Assembly: GCA_965197905.1 (NCBI GenBank)
Contig: CBDAOB010000005.1
Span: forward strand, 192,001-256,000
Length of the DNA stretch: 64,000 bases
Origin: Candidatus Latescibacterota bacterium
GTDB taxonomy: Bacteria; Latescibacterota; UBA2968; UBA8231
Reading direction: 5' to 3'
Positions 30,881 through 41,827 of this stretch are shown piece after piece. A model generated the notes under the pieces. The model was not told the DNA's origin. It made no database searches and saw nothing but the letters and a program-made list of their open reading frames with translations. Made by a program: the position numbers and the translations under genes. The stretch's first letter is position 1. Each line of letters starts with the position of its first letter.

Positions 30881-32065
30881 CTAGGTCATGAACTCGGCGT
30901 GGACGGCGGCGAACTGCTCCAGTGCAAAATCCAGGTCGTCACGGGTGTGGGCGGCGGAGATCTGCACGCGAATGCGCGCCTGGCCCTGGGGAACCACCGG
31001 ATAAAAGAAACCTATGACGTAGACCCCCAGCTCCAGCAACCGAGCCGACATCTCTTGCGACAGAGCGGCGTCACCGAGCATGATCGGTACGATCGGATGG
31101 CTGCCCCGTTTGATCTCGAAGCCGATCTGGGCGATCCGCTCGCGAAAATGTCGAGTATTCTGGTGCAACTTTTCGCGCAGGTCGCCAGACGAGCGGATGA
31201 GGTCCAGCGCCTTTATGGAGGCGGCGACGATGCTGGGGGCGACCGTGTTGGAAAAGAGGTATGGGCGCGACCGCTGCCGCAAGAGGTCGATGATCGGCTG
31301 CCGTCCGCTGCTGTAGCCGCCGCTGGCGCCACCGAGCGCTTTTCCCAACGTGCCGGTTATCAGGTCGATGCGCTCCACGACATCGCAGTATTCGTGAGTG
31401 CCGCGTCCGCCCGCTCCCATAAATCCCACCGCGTGCGAATCGTCGATCATGACCAGAGCGTCGTGTTTGTCCGCCAGGTCACAGATCTCATCCAGCTTGG
31501 CGATGAATCCATCCATGGAAAAAACGCCGTCGGTGGCGATGAGCCGGTTGCGGCAGCCGGCGGCTTCTTCCAGCTTGTGCGCCAGGTCGGACATATTGCT
31601 GTTCTTGTAACGCAGCCGCTTTGCTTTGCACAGACGAATACCGTCGATAATGCTGGCGTGGTTGAGCTCGTCGCTGATGACGGCATCCTCCTCGCCCAGC
31701 AGGGTTTCGAAGAGCCCGCCGTTGGCGTCGAAACAGGAGGTGTAGAGGATCGTGTCCTCGGTGCCGAGGAAGGCGGACAGCTGCTGCTCCAGCTCCTTGT
31801 GCACCTCTTGAGTACCGCAGATGAATCGCACCGAAGACAATCCGTATCCCCAGCGGTCGAGCCCCTCTTTGGCGGCGGCGACGATTTCGGGGTGGTCTGC
31901 CAGGCCCAGGTAGTTGTTGGCGCACATGTTGAGGACCGACTGCCCGCCCTGCACTTCGATGCGCGCGCGTTGGTGCGAAGTCATCACCCGCTCGGTCTTG
32001 TAGAGCCCGCTCTCCCGAATCTCGCCGAGGACGCCCGTCAGCTGGGATTTCACCCTTTCAAGCAT
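30881..32065 (-). CDS. kbl: Glycine C-acetyltransferase (2-amino-3-ketobutyrate CoA ligase)
   Basis: [39 protein letters not shown]. Confidence 0.97.
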   Translation of the reverse strand: MLERVKSQLTGVLGEIRESGLYKTERVMTSHQRARIEVQGGQSVLNMCANNYLGLADHPEIVAAAKEGLDRWGYGLSSVRFICGTQEVHKELEQQLSAFLGTEDTILYTSCFDANGGLFETLLGEEDAVISDELNHASIIDGIRLCKAKRLRYKNSNMSDLAHKLEEAAGCRNRLIATDGVFSMDGFIAKLDEICDLADKHDALVMIDDSHAVGFMGAGGRGTHEYCDVVERIDLITGTLGKALGGASGGYSSGRQPIIDLLRQRSRPYLFSNTVAPSIVAASIKALDLIRSSGDLREKLHQNTRHFRERIAQIGFEIKRGSHPIVPIMLGDAALSQEMSARLLELGVYVIGFFYPVVPQGQARIRVQISAAHTRDDLDFALEQFAAVHAEFMT

Positions 32066-32091
32066 GAGTCACTCCTGGATGCAATTTGCGT

Positions 32092-33132
32092 CTACGCCTG
32101 GTCCCAGTTCAACACCACCTTGCCGGATCTACCCGATCGCATCAGATCGAAACCCTCTTGAAACGATTCGAATTCGAAGCGGTGGGTGATGACTGCCGAG
32201 ATGTCCAATCCCGTCTGCAGCATGCTGGTCATTTTGTACCACGTTTCGTACATCTCGCGTCCGTAGATGCCCTTGATGTGCAATCCGTTGAAGATCACCT
32301 GGTTCCAATCAATGGACATCTCGTTTTCCGGTATGCCCAACAACGCGATCTTGCCGCCATGGCACATGGTGTTCAGCATGTCCTTGAACGCCGATTCGTT
32401 GCCCGACATCTCCAACCCCACGTCGAACCCCTCCTTCATGCCCAGCTCGCCCACCACATCCTGGAGCTTCTCCTTGCTCACATCCACTGCGCGAGTAGCG
32501 CCCATCCTTGCCGCCAGCTCGAGCCGGTACGGATTGACGTCGGTGATCACCACCAGCCGGGCGCCGGCGTGCCGCACGATCGCCGTGGCCATGATACCGA
32601 TAGGTCCTGCCCCCGTAATGAGCACGTCTTCGCCGAGAAGATCAAAGGAGAGGGCGGTGTGAGTGGCGTTTCCCAGCGGATCGAAGCAGGAAAGGATGTC
32701 CGTAGGAATGCTGGGGTCGCAGTACCAGACGTTGGTGACCGGTATGCTCAGGTACTTCGCAAAGGCGCCGTCTCGATTGACCCCCACGCCGCTGGTGTTG
32801 GCGCACAGATGCCGGCGGCCCGCCAGGCAGTTGCGGCAGCGGCCGCAGACGATATGCCCCTCGCCGCTCACCAGATCACCCTCCTTGAAGTCGTGTACGT
32901 TGGCGCCGATCTCCGTGACGCGGCCCACGAACTCGTGACCGATTACCATGGGGACCGGAATGGTCTGCTGGGCCCAGTGGTCCCAGTTGTAGATGTGCAC
33001 ATCCGAGCCGCAGATGGAGGTTTTCTCGACCTTGATGAGCACCTCGTTGACGCCGGTTTCCGGGACCGGCACCTCCTCGAGCCACAGGCCGACCTCCGAC
33101 TTTCGTTTCACCAGCGCGGGCATCTCTTTCAT
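32092..33132 (-). CDS. tdh: L-threonine 3-dehydrogenase
   Basis: [41 protein letters not shown]. Confidence 0.96.
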   Translation of the reverse strand: MKEMPALVKRKSEVGLWLEEVPVPETGVNEVLIKVEKTSICGSDVHIYNWDHWAQQTIPVPMVIGHEFVGRVTEIGANVHDFKEGDLVSGEGHIVCGRCRNCLAGRRHLCANTSGVGVNRDGAFAKYLSIPVTNVWYCDPSIPTDILSCFDPLGNATHTALSFDLLGEDVLITGAGPIGIMATAIVRHAGARLVVITDVNPYRLELAARMGATRAVDVSKEKLQDVVGELGMKEGFDVGLEMSGNESAFKDMLNTMCHGGKIALLGIPENEMSIDWNQVIFNGLHIKGIYGREMYETWYKMTSMLQTGLDISAVITHRFEFESFQEGFDLMRSGRSGKVVLNWDQA

Positions 33133-33169
33133 GAACAATCCGATCGGCCCGTTACAGCTTTGGGAGATA

Positions 33170-33931
33170 TCATATCATGAGGTCGCCGCCGTTGATGTCT
33201 ACGGCGGCTCCGGTAATGTAGTCGGCATCGGCGACCAGAAAAAGCACCAGCTGTGCCACCTCCTGCGGAGCGCCAAGGCGAGAGATGGGGAAACTCTTTT
33301 CGTACGCTTGAACGCGTTCGGGGGTACAATTCGCACCGACCATGCCGGTGTCGATCAGGCCGGGACAAACGGAATTCGAGGTGATACCAAAGGGAGCCAT
33401 CTCCTTGGCCAGCGCCCGCGTAAAACCGAGGATCCCCGCCTTGGCCGCGGTGTAATGGGCGCCACCAAGAGTGCTCACGCTGCGACCGGCAGACGAGGAC
33501 ATGTTGACGATGCGGCCGTATCCCTTGCTTTTCATGATCGGGAGTACGGCGCGGGAGCAGACGAAGGTGCTCTTGAGGTTGCCGTCTACTACGAGATCCC
33601 ATTCCTCGACCGAGATCTCTTCGATCCTCGTTGGCCGCAGCACACCGGCGTTGTTGACTAGAATATCGACGCTGCCGAAACAGTCGACAGCGGCGGCGAT
33701 CATCGCGTTCGCCTCTTCCTCCGAAGTCGCATCGGCGCCGAAGCTGGAAACCCTGGAGGTTTCCCCCTCCATTCTTGCGGCGGCAGCCTGGGCCCCGGCG
33801 ACATCGATATCCGCGAGCAGAACGGAGGCGCCTGCGGCCAACAGTTGCTGAGCGATCGCGGCTCCCATATCGCCGGCGGCGCCGGTGACAATGGCTACCC
33901 TGTCTTCGAGTTTACCAATGGGGGTGGTCAT
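33170..33931 (-). CDS. Short-chain dehydrogenase/reductase (FabG-like)
   Basis: [22 protein letters not shown]. Confidence 0.92.
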   Translation of the reverse strand: MTTPIGKLEDRVAIVTGAAGDMGAAIAQQLLAAGASVLLADIDVAGAQAAAARMEGETSRVSSFGADATSEEEANAMIAAAVDCFGSVDILVNNAGVLRPTRIEEISVEEWDLVVDGNLKSTFVCSRAVLPIMKSKGYGRIVNMSSSAGRSVSTLGGAHYTAAKAGILGFTRALAKEMAPFGITSNSVCPGLIDTGMVGANCTPERVQAYEKSFPISRLGAPQEVAQLVLFLVADADYITGAAVDINGGDLMI

Positions 33932-33981
33932 AGTGTTGGAGAAATATGGACGCCCCGTCGCCCAGCGTCCAGACGGCCGCC

Positions 33982-34094
33982 GCTTGCGGCGTTACCTTCG
34001 CTCGCCGTACTTCCAGTACAGGCTCGCTCAGGTGCCTTGCAAGCTGCTTTGCTCGGCAGCCGTATGTACACGCTCGCGCTAGCGCCTTGTGAGC
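33982..34094. repeat. Intergenic imperfect hairpin element with GTAC-loop-GTAC core, plus a degenerate second copy
   Basis: GCTTGC-GGC..ACCT..GCC-GTAC-ttcca-GTAC-aGGC..AGGT-GCC-tt-GCAAGC (33982-34044), followed by a similar unit ending GCGCCTTG. Confidence 0.5.
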
Positions 34095-34129
34095 TGCACA
34101 CGTCGGCAGCCGTACCAACTCGCCCGGTA

Positions 34130-34753
34130 CTAGCTGGTCAGGGCGGAAAACACCAGATCGGCAAGCAGCTGGTTTCCCAGCTCTGACATGTGGCAACCAT
34201 CGGCGAACAACTCGACCGGTCGGTCAGCGCCGGCATTGTATTCCAACATGTTTTCGAAGGGCGTCTTCACGTCCACGAAGTGATTGCCGAACTCGTCGCA
34301 GAGGCGATCGACAATCCGATCGTAGGTCGCCAACATCTGGTTCTTCTGATCTTCGCCCGGGTGCGGCGTGGTCGACAGTTGCAGGACCGCTATCTTTGCG
34401 TCGAGCAATATATCCAGGACCTGGCTCAGGTTTGTCTCGAACTCATCCGCACTGTATTTCTTGGCGTCGTTTTGTCCCATGAAAAGTACGGCACACGTCG
34501 CTTCGAACTGCTCCAGATGGACGGGCAAGCTCTGCAGCAGGTGGGGAAGCATGATGCCTCCGACTCCGGCGTTGAAGATCTGAAGCCCCAGCTGCGGGAA
34601 GTGCACCAGCAGACGCTTGGCCAGGATGTCTACGTAGCTCCCAAGATACGCGTGGCCGTAACGTGCCGCCGGAATCGTGCTGGTCAGCAGACCGGTGCGT
34701 TGGGTCAGGCTGTCACCGAGAAAGATGAGACGATCGTTTGTCTGTAGCAGCAT
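34130..34753 (-). CDS. SGNH/GDSL hydrolase
   Basis: FLGDSLT, NAGVGG, GQND, DGCH. Confidence 0.88.
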   Translation of the reverse strand: MLLQTNDRLIFLGDSLTQRTGLLTSTIPAARYGHAYLGSYVDILAKRLLVHFPQLGLQIFNAGVGGIMLPHLLQSLPVHLEQFEATCAVLFMGQNDAKKYSADEFETNLSQVLDILLDAKIAVLQLSTTPHPGEDQKNQMLATYDRIVDRLCDEFGNHFVDVKTPFENMLEYNAGADRPVELFADGCHMSELGNQLLADLVFSALTS

Positions 34754-35877
34754 CAGGCGCTGAAACGGTCTCCGATTCGAAAGATCTTTCCGAGAGGGTT
34801 TTCCCGGGCTTCAACTACATCTGCAACCAACGGACCGATCGATCCGCCAAACTTGAAACCGTGTCCGCTGCCGCCGCCAGCGACCACCGTGTGCTGGCAT
34901 CCGGGCGCGCGGTCGATGATGAAATGGTGGTCGGGGGTGTTGGTGTAGAGGCAACAGCGGCTGCCAACGAGCTCTCCCTGCGCCAGGCCGGGTATCCTGG
35001 CGGCGACCATCCGGCGGACGTCCTCGAGAAACTCGGGCGTCGCGATCCGCTCCACGTCTGCATCCACCTGGTTCACCCGATTGCCCATCGCCGCCTTCAC
35101 AAACCCTTCGTGGAGCAGAGGGAACCCGTACCAGCCATCATCGTAAGGGGCGAAGGACCAGACCGGAGTCACCTCTCGGCGAAAGCTATCTGGATTGCTG
35201 GGTTTGCAGAACGCCATCTCCTGCCGGGTAATAAGAAGATGTTCGGCCAACGCGGGGAGGAGGCGGCCGACCCAGGGACCGCCGCAGATGACGGCCCCGT
35301 CGAAGCCGCTGGTGCCACCACCGTGGCGAATCCGAACGGACCTGAGATCCTCGACCAGCTCCAGCACCGTGGTGTCGGGCAGGACCTGCACCCCCTCTTC
35401 CTGGGCGATGTCGGCCAACCCCGCGAGCGCCGCCCCGCTGCGCACGTATCCCGTCCATTCGTCGTGAATGATGACGTCGTCGTCGTGAAAGACGAACTGG
35501 GGAAAACGCTTCTCCGCTTCCTGCCGCGACAGCATGCGGCTGCCCATCGGCTCATTCTTGAAGCGTTCCCAGGAGATATGGGCCAGGGTCTCCGGTTCGA
35601 AATGCCCGGTCACGTGCAGCTTGCCAACACGAAAGTAGATCTCGCTAATCTGCTCGTTCCAGCGTTCCCATTGCAATGCAGAGCGCTCTGCCAGCTCGAC
35701 ATATTCGGATACACGGCCGTAGCCGTCGCGGCGAATCGCCTTGCTGTTGTCGGTGGAGCTGGCATGGGGGTTTGGTACGCTGCCCTGCTCGAAGAGGCAG
35801 ACTTCATGGCTGCGAGCACGCAGCTCCAGGCTCGTGGCAAGCCCGAAGATACCAGCGCCAACGACCGCGATCCTCAT
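34753..35877 (-). CDS. FAD-dependent oxidase, sarcosine/fructosyl-amine oxidase family
   Basis: VVGAGIFG, SSTDNSKAIR, CLYTNTPD, GSGHGFKF. Confidence 0.85.
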   Translation of the reverse strand: MRIAVVGAGIFGLATSLELRARSHEVCLFEQGSVPNPHASSTDNSKAIRRDGYGRVSEYVELAERSALQWERWNEQISEIYFRVGKLHVTGHFEPETLAHISWERFKNEPMGSRMLSRQEAEKRFPQFVFHDDDVIIHDEWTGYVRSGAALAGLADIAQEEGVQVLPDTTVLELVEDLRSVRIRHGGGTSGFDGAVICGGPWVGRLLPALAEHLLITRQEMAFCKPSNPDSFRREVTPVWSFAPYDDGWYGFPLLHEGFVKAAMGNRVNQVDADVERIATPEFLEDVRRMVAARIPGLAQGELVGSRCCLYTNTPDHHFIIDRAPGCQHTVVAGGGSGHGFKFGGSIGPLVADVVEARENPLGKIFRIGDRFSA

Positions 35878-36857
35878 GCCGTTGCGGACTCCCCTAGAAC
35901 CTCGGTGCGCAGCTTTTCGTCCACGTTGGATCCGGAGACCAGCAGACAGACCTTTCTCCCTGCGAGCTTATCCTGGAGCTGCAGCGCCCCGGCCAGCGCC
36001 GCCGCGCCCGCCCCTTCAGGCAGATGCCCGGTGGTTTCGAAAAACAATCGCATAGCCTGTTTCATGTCGGCCTCGCTCACCAAAAGCATCTCATCAACCA
36101 CCTCCCGTAGCAAACGCAATGCGTGGGGGGAAGCGACACCTACGGCGATGCCGGACGCGAAGGTGTCGCAAAGATTGGAGCTCACCTGCTGGCCGGCCAG
36201 GAAGGAACGGTACATAGACGGGGCACGCTCGGCCTGCACGCCTATCAGCTCAACCTCCTTCAGACGTTCTTTCAACGCGGTTCCCAGACCGCCGATCAGG
36301 GCGCCGCCGCCGACGGGAACGAGAACCACCTCCACATCCGGCAGCTGCTCCGCTATCTCCAGTCCGATCGAGGAGGTGCCCGCGTTGATCTCCGGGCAGA
36401 CCCCGTCGTGTACGAAGTGGTGTCCCGGCTCAAACTCCCGCGTCAACATATACTCCAGAGCCTCGTCATAATCGCTGCCGTGGAAGATCAGCTCAGGTCC
36501 ATGCGCCTCGATAAGCGCCACCTTGCTGGCATCGCAGTCGCGCGGCACTCCAACCGTGAGCGGCACTCCGTACTTGCTGCAGACAAACGCCATGGCCGCC
36601 CCATGGTTGCCGGTGGAAACCGTAACGAGTCCCTTAGCGCCGCGTTCGTTGACCAGGGTGTCTACCAGATAAAGGGCGCCCCGAAGCTTGAACGATTGCA
36701 CCGGATTGAAGATCTCGTATTTGGCGTAGGTCTGGGTGCCCAATCGGGCGCTCAGCTCAGGTTCCAGCTGCATCGGACCTGGGTCGAACTGACGGCGATA
36801 GATCTCGGAAGCGGCCGCGGTGCGGCCGGCGTCGGGGCGCAGTGAATCAATTTCCAC
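35874..36857 (-). CDS. PLP-dependent threonine/serine dehydratase family protein
   Basis: SFKLRGA, STGNHG, PVGGGAL, EGAGA, SGSN. Confidence 0.88.
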   Translation of the reverse strand: MEIDSLRPDAGRTAAASEIYRRQFDPGPMQLEPELSARLGTQTYAKYEIFNPVQSFKLRGALYLVDTLVNERGAKGLVTVSTGNHGAAMAFVCSKYGVPLTVGVPRDCDASKVALIEAHGPELIFHGSDYDEALEYMLTREFEPGHHFVHDGVCPEINAGTSSIGLEIAEQLPDVEVVLVPVGGGALIGGLGTALKERLKEVELIGVQAERAPSMYRSFLAGQQVSSNLCDTFASGIAVGVASPHALRLLREVVDEMLLVSEADMKQAMRLFFETTGHLPEGAGAAALAGALQLQDKLAGRKVCLLVSGSNVDEKLRTEVLGESATA

Positions 36858-36868
36858 AGGCGTTTCCT

Positions 36869-37615
36869 CTACAGGCGCAAGAGCCGCCGGGCATTGGCGC
36901 CCAGAACCTCAACTTTGGCGGCAGCGGATATGGCGGCGGTGAGGATCTTGCCGATCTGTGGCCGTGGATCCATGAGCGGCTGATCCGAACCGAAGAGAAC
37001 TCGATCGGCGCCGGCCCCTTCCACCAGCTCCTCGATCGCACCCGGCGTGCGGAAGGTGGAGCAGGTTTCGAGAAAGATGTTCGGGTTGTTGTTGGCGGCG
37101 ATGATCGCATCCCGCCTTTCGGGGGCGACGTTACCCGAGTGTCCCGCAACAAAGTTGGCGTGGGGAAAGCGCGGGGCAATCTCCCCGAGGAATCTTGGGT
37201 GTGCGTGGGGTTCCGATCCCGTATGGAAGATGACCGCCAGGTTCCGTTCATCCGCGAACCGGTAGATGTCGAACCAGTGGCTGTTGTTGAGCGGCCACGG
37301 CGCGCGCGGTGGATACAGCTTGATCGCCACGCAAAACAGCTTGTCCACCGCCTCTTCCAGCTGCTTCACTGCGTTTTTTCCGAGAATGGGGGAGGTGAAT
37401 GCAAACGGAATAAATCGATTCGGGTTCGCCTCGGCGTATCGCGCTGCCAGCTCGTTGCCGCTGCCATCCAAACGGCCAGTGTGAAAGACGCACGCCCGGT
37501 CGATGCCGGCCACGTCCATCGCATGGGTGACCCGGGTGGCGTCGGCAAGCATGCGCAAACGATCGTTGCGATTGACGTGACCGTGGAAGTCGATCACTTC
37601 TACGCCGTCGATCAC
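36869..37615 (-). CDS. Amidohydrolase family 2 protein
   Basis: IDFHGH, IKLYP, FHTG, GHSG, VLFGSDQP. Confidence 0.88.
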   Translation of the reverse strand: MIDGVEVIDFHGHVNRNDRLRMLADATRVTHAMDVAGIDRACVFHTGRLDGSGNELAARYAEANPNRFIPFAFTSPILGKNAVKQLEEAVDKLFCVAIKLYPPRAPWPLNNSHWFDIYRFADERNLAVIFHTGSEPHAHPRFLGEIAPRFPHANFVAGHSGNVAPERRDAIIAANNNPNIFLETCSTFRTPGAIEELVEGAGADRVLFGSDQPLMDPRPQIGKILTAAISAAAKVEVLGANARRLLRL

Positions 37616-38970
37616 GCTTCGGTCTCCCGCGCCACTTCCACCACCAGATTCGCCATCGTGCGGATACCCGCGAAGTAATTCTCCACGGCAAACGACTCGT
37701 CGGGCGAGTGATTGCGCTCGTCGTGCTGTGCGTACGGCACCAGAAAAATTGCGGCTCCGGGAATCTGCTTGAACCAGGCCATGGGAAGACTACCGCCGAC
37801 CCCCGGTACGAGAAACGGAGGCGCTCCAAAGCCCGCTTCCACCGCCCGCAGCACCGGTCGGGCGGCCGGGTGGTCGATAGGGGTGCGCCAGGGAGGCATG
37901 CGACCGTACACCTTCACTTCCAGCTCATCCATTCCGATCTCCGTCAAATACTTCTCGAGGAGTTCCTGAATCTCCTCGGGCGTCTGATGTTCCACCAGGC
38001 GCATGTCGATCTTCATCGTCGCCGAGTTCGGGATGATGGTTTTCATGCCCTCGCCCGTGTAGCCACCGCCGAAACCGTTCACGTTCAAGGTAGGCTGCAG
38101 TACCCGCTTCACCAGAAAGTGGGTATTCGGATCGCCGGCGATCCTATCCGTGCCGAGGTCTCTCATCACCTGCGCCTCGGTCAGCGGCAGCGCCTGGAAC
38201 GCTTGCAGGTCCTGTTCGGTCGGATTTGCAACCTTGTCGTAGAAGCCCGGAATCAGGACGTGATTCGTCTCGTCTTTCAACAGGGTCACGAGCCGGGCAA
38301 GCCTCTCGTTGGGACTGTCCACGAGCCCGCCAAAGTTCCCGGAGTGCATGTCGACGCTGGGACCTCTGGCGGTGAGCTCCACGTAGAATATGCCGCGTAC
38401 CCCGAACACCACCTCCGGCCGCTCGCCATAAGAGTGATGGCCATCCGAGCAGTAAACCAGGTCGCAGGCCAGCAGATCGAGGTGTTCGCGGACAAACGCC
38501 CCGATGTTCGGGCTGCCCACTTCCTCCTCACCCTCGAAGAGGAACTTGACGTTGACCGGAAGCTCTCCCAGGCATTCGAGAACGGCCTGAACTCCTTTTA
38601 CCTGGGCGTAGAGCTGTCCCTTGTTGTCGCCGGCGCCGCGAGCGTAGATCTTGCCGTCGCGGATCGTCGGTCGAAATGGTGGGGATGTCCACCGTTCGAC
38701 CGGGTCAGGGGGTTGCACGTCGTAGTGGCCGTAGACCAACACGGTGCGTTGGGCCGACGCCGACGTCCTTTCGGCAAACAAGAAAGGCTCGCCGGGGCTT
38801 TCGAACTGCTGCATCTTGAGACCGGACGACTCCAGCAACTGGGAGAGCAGGGTCACGCTCTCGGCCATTCCTTCGCCCGTGGTGCTGATGCTCGGCTGCG
38901 CGATCAGTTCGAAGAGCTCCTGCAACCAGGGTTCGCGCCGGCTGTCGATGTAGGAATGGACCTCCCGCAC
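37612..38970 (-). CDS. M20/M25/M40 family metallopeptidase (dipeptidase-like)
   Basis: YGHYDVQP, RGAGDNKGQ, EGEEE, HSGNFGG, HSPDE. Confidence 0.92.
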   Translation of the reverse strand: MREVHSYIDSRREPWLQELFELIAQPSISTTGEGMAESVTLLSQLLESSGLKMQQFESPGEPFLFAERTSASAQRTVLVYGHYDVQPPDPVERWTSPPFRPTIRDGKIYARGAGDNKGQLYAQVKGVQAVLECLGELPVNVKFLFEGEEEVGSPNIGAFVREHLDLLACDLVYCSDGHHSYGERPEVVFGVRGIFYVELTARGPSVDMHSGNFGGLVDSPNERLARLVTLLKDETNHVLIPGFYDKVANPTEQDLQAFQALPLTEAQVMRDLGTDRIAGDPNTHFLVKRVLQPTLNVNGFGGGYTGEGMKTIIPNSATMKIDMRLVEHQTPEEIQELLEKYLTEIGMDELEVKVYGRMPPWRTPIDHPAARPVLRAVEAGFGAPPFLVPGVGGSLPMAWFKQIPGAAIFLVPYAQHDERNHSPDESFAVENYFAGIRTMANLVVEVARETEA

Positions 38971-38973
38971 AGC

Positions 38974-39357
38974 TCAGGTCACCGCGGCGATGACGTCGAA
39001 GGCGACCTTGTATCCCCCGGGGTACTCGTTGATATGGATGGTCGTCCGCGCCGGACGGTGGTCGCCGAAAGCCAGGATATAGGCCTCGTTCATCTCACCG
39101 AAGGAGTCCATGTCGGCAAGGTAGACATTGACCTTGATCACCTGCGACAACTCGGTACCCGCCGCCATGAGTATCTCTCGAATGCTATCGAACGCCCGCG
39201 TTGTCTGCAGCCCGACCGATCCTGGCTCTTCTCCTTCCGGCGGCATGCCGGTCTGGGAAGAGACGTATGCCGTGTCGCCGTGGATAACCGCATGGGAATA
39301 CGGGCCAGGGGCGTTCGCCTTATCGGCTATGATCAGCTCCAACTCCGAACTTGCCAT
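38974..39357 (-). CDS. RidA/YjgF family imine deaminase
   Basis: GPYSHA, KVNVYL..F..MN..Y..PARTT; CAGGAG RBS before ATG 39357. Confidence 0.88.
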   Translation of the reverse strand: MASSELELIIADKANAPGPYSHAVIHGDTAYVSSQTGMPPEGEEPGSVGLQTTRAFDSIREILMAAGTELSQVIKVNVYLADMDSFGEMNEAYILAFGDHRPARTTIHINEYPGGYKVAFDVIAAVT

Positions 39358-39418
39358 GATCTTCTCCTGTTGACTACTCAACTGATCTGTTTCGTGCCGG
39401 TCGCAGGCCGGCATCGAA

Positions 39419-41014
39419 TCAACGAAAGGTGGGCGCGGCCGCGGCTTCGATCTCAACGTTGATGCATGCGGGTAAGCCGGAGTCCAGCGCTCGTTCGAGG
39501 GCGGGCCTCAATTCGTCCGGGTGTTGGACGAACTCCCCGTATCCGCCCAGGGCCGCCGCAACCCTGTCGTACCGGGTACCGAGCAGATCACAGCCTACCA
39601 CGCGGTCGGCGCCGTACTGCTTGATCTGCAGCTGAAGCTCCGCATTCCAGCCGCTGTCATTGCCGACGACGACCACCAGGGGCAACTGGTGACGTAAAGC
39701 GGTGTCCAGATCGAGAAGGTGGTAACCAGCCGTGCCATCGCCGCACAAAACAAACACGCGTTTTTGCGGATGGGCGAGCTGTGCCGCCATGCCCAGCCCG
39801 ATCGAGCTGCCAATCGAGCCCGATGGGCCGTTGATCAATCGATATCTGGGGTCCAGACCCGTCTGCATCCATTGTCCGACCTCGCCCCCGTCACTCACAA
39901 CGACCGCGTTGTCGTCCACAACACCGTCTAACGCTTCGCACAGGGCCAGCGGATGCATCGGCAGAACGCAGTTCGAACCCAAAGCTTTCCACCCGTCCGG
40001 AACACGGGCACGCTCTGCTTCGATCTCCTCCCTCCATGCCGAGCCATTCCAGGTTCTTCCGTCGCAGCCCGCCTCCAGCGCCTTGACGGCTGCTGCCGGG
40101 TCCCCCGCGAAACTCCCGACCAGCGATTCGTGGTGCCTCAGCTCACTCCCATCGGCATCTATCTGCATCAGTTCGCAGGTCGGGTCGAAGATCGGAGCCG
40201 CGGTGGTGCCGAGGGTGAAGTCGAATCGTTTGCCCAGAAGAAGCACCAGGTCGGCCCTGTCGAGACAGTTTGTCGCCCCGTGCAGCCATGGATCGTTGAT
40301 GCCACGCGGACTCTCCATCGGCACCGCCGGTACCGACGTCAGCTGTGAGAAGGCGCAGACCTCTTGCCACCTCTCGTTTCTGGACATGGCCGGGCCGCAG
40401 AGAATAAGCGGCCGTTGGGCGGCGCCAAGCGCGTCGAGTATCTGGTCGACCTGTCGTGTTTCGAGGCGATGCCCCTTGCCCACCTCGCCGGCTGCCGAAC
40501 TGGCCGGTGCGACCGCGACTTCCAGCAGGTCCTGGGGAAGGCTGATGTGTACCGGCCCCGGCCTGCCCGAACGGCAGATCTCCAGAGCTCTGCGAACATC
40601 GTTGCCGATGTTGCCGGCGTCGTTAACCTCCCAGGCTTCCTTGCACAGCGGCGCAGCGATTCCGACTTGGTCGATGTCCTGAAAAACCCCGAGGCCAGCC
40701 TTCCCGGCGGGACTACTGCCGCTCAGCAACAGCAGGGGAGACTCGGCCATGCGCGCGGTGTAGAGAGCCGACACCCCGTTGCAATGGCCCGGCCCTGCCG
40801 TCAACAGTGCAACGCCCGGTTGTTCGGTCAGCCGGCCCCACCCGTCCGCCATGTGTACGGCGGTGGCTTCGTGGCGGGTGTGCACCAGCTCGATGTCGCG
40901 GCCGATGGTGGCGTCGAACACCGGAAGAATCTGATTGCCGGACAGGGTGAACAGGTAGGGGACTCGTGCCTCTACAAGAGTCTCAACCAGGACATTGGCG
41001 CCGCGCTTTGGCAT
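39419..41014 (-). CDS. Thiamine-pyrophosphate-dependent enzyme (acetolactate synthase-like family)
   Basis: RHEATA..MADG, TAGPG, GRPGPV, GDG..NDSGW TPP motif. Confidence 0.9.
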   Translation of the reverse strand: MPKRGANVLVETLVEARVPYLFTLSGNQILPVFDATIGRDIELVHTRHEATAVHMADGWGRLTEQPGVALLTAGPGHCNGVSALYTARMAESPLLLLSGSSPAGKAGLGVFQDIDQVGIAAPLCKEAWEVNDAGNIGNDVRRALEICRSGRPGPVHISLPQDLLEVAVAPASSAAGEVGKGHRLETRQVDQILDALGAAQRPLILCGPAMSRNERWQEVCAFSQLTSVPAVPMESPRGINDPWLHGATNCLDRADLVLLLGKRFDFTLGTTAAPIFDPTCELMQIDADGSELRHHESLVGSFAGDPAAAVKALEAGCDGRTWNGSAWREEIEAERARVPDGWKALGSNCVLPMHPLALCEALDGVVDDNAVVVSDGGEVGQWMQTGLDPRYRLINGPSGSIGSSIGLGMAAQLAHPQKRVFVLCGDGTAGYHLLDLDTALRHQLPLVVVVGNDSGWNAELQLQIKQYGADRVVGCDLLGTRYDRVAAALGGYGEFVQHPDELRPALERALDSGLPACINVEIEAAAAPTFR

Positions 41015-41017
41015 GTC

Positions 41018-41416
41018 TCAATCTTTGACGATGATACCCAGCAGAACCCCAGCCAGGGTCGTCTGGACCACCGCTCCCCAGAACCAGCCCGCCGCGAGCA
41101 CGTAGGGGATCGGCATTACCGTATACGTGCCGTATCCCATGCTCATGCCGACGCTGATCCCGTAGACGATGCCGTACTTCACCGCCGAGCTCATCTGTTT
41201 CTCGGCGAAAAACCGGGCATAGATGTAGACGAAGACGAGGGCCGACACCAACACGGTCAGGTGCATGATCCACATCTTGCCCATCATCTCCTCCATCGGC
41301 CGCCAGAGAGAGGGGGTTGCTTCGTAGGTGGACATGAGTATCTGGTTATGCAGGATGAAATCGAGAATCGTCCAGAGGACGAAAATTGCTGCCACTGCGA
41401 TCAGAGATCTCTTCAC
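41018..41416 (-). CDS. Small four-TM membrane protein
   Basis: AAGGAGG RBS and GTG; four hydrophobic segments; LWRP motif. Confidence 0.7.
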   Translation of the reverse strand: MKRSLIAVAAIFVLWTILDFILHNQILMSTYEATPSLWRPMEEMMGKMWIMHLTVLVSALVFVYIYARFFAEKQMSSAVKYGIVYGISVGMSMGYGTYTVMPIPYVLAAGWFWGAVVQTTLAGVLLGIIVKD

Positions 41417-41456
41417 GATCTTCCTCCTTTTGATGTGTCGCCCAAAAAAGTCGGGC

Positions 41457-41825
41457 TCAGCCGTACCCGTACTGCTCGAGGGTCTCGTCATCGAAACCCA
41501 TGAAATGGGCGATCTCGTGCACCAGGGTGATTTCGATTTCGCGGGCGAGATCGTCCGGATCGGGAAAGTCCTCCTCGAGTGGACCGCGGAACAGGTGGAT
41601 CACGTCGGGCAGCTCGCCGGAAGCGTGAACCGAGCGTTCGGCGATGGGGGTTCCGGTGAACAATCCGTAGAGAAGCTCCCCGCGTTCGCCCGTCGCTTCC
41701 TCCACCAGGTCCGGATCCGGCCATTCGTCGACAACGATCGCGACGTTCTCCATCGCCTCCCGAATGCGGGGCGGGATCTTGGTCATGGCCCGCTTTACCT
41801 GGAGGTCGAACTCCGAGCCGCTCAC
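41457..41825 (-). CDS. Zincin-like metallopeptidase (Zincin_1 family)
   Basis: LYGLFTG.P, PDVIHLFR.P, TLVHEIAHFMG. Confidence 0.85.
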   Translation of the reverse strand: MSGSEFDLQVKRAMTKIPPRIREAMENVAIVVDEWPDPDLVEEATGERGELLYGLFTGTPIAERSVHASGELPDVIHLFRGPLEEDFPDPDDLAREIEITLVHEIAHFMGFDDETLEQYGYG

Positions 41826-41827
41826 GT

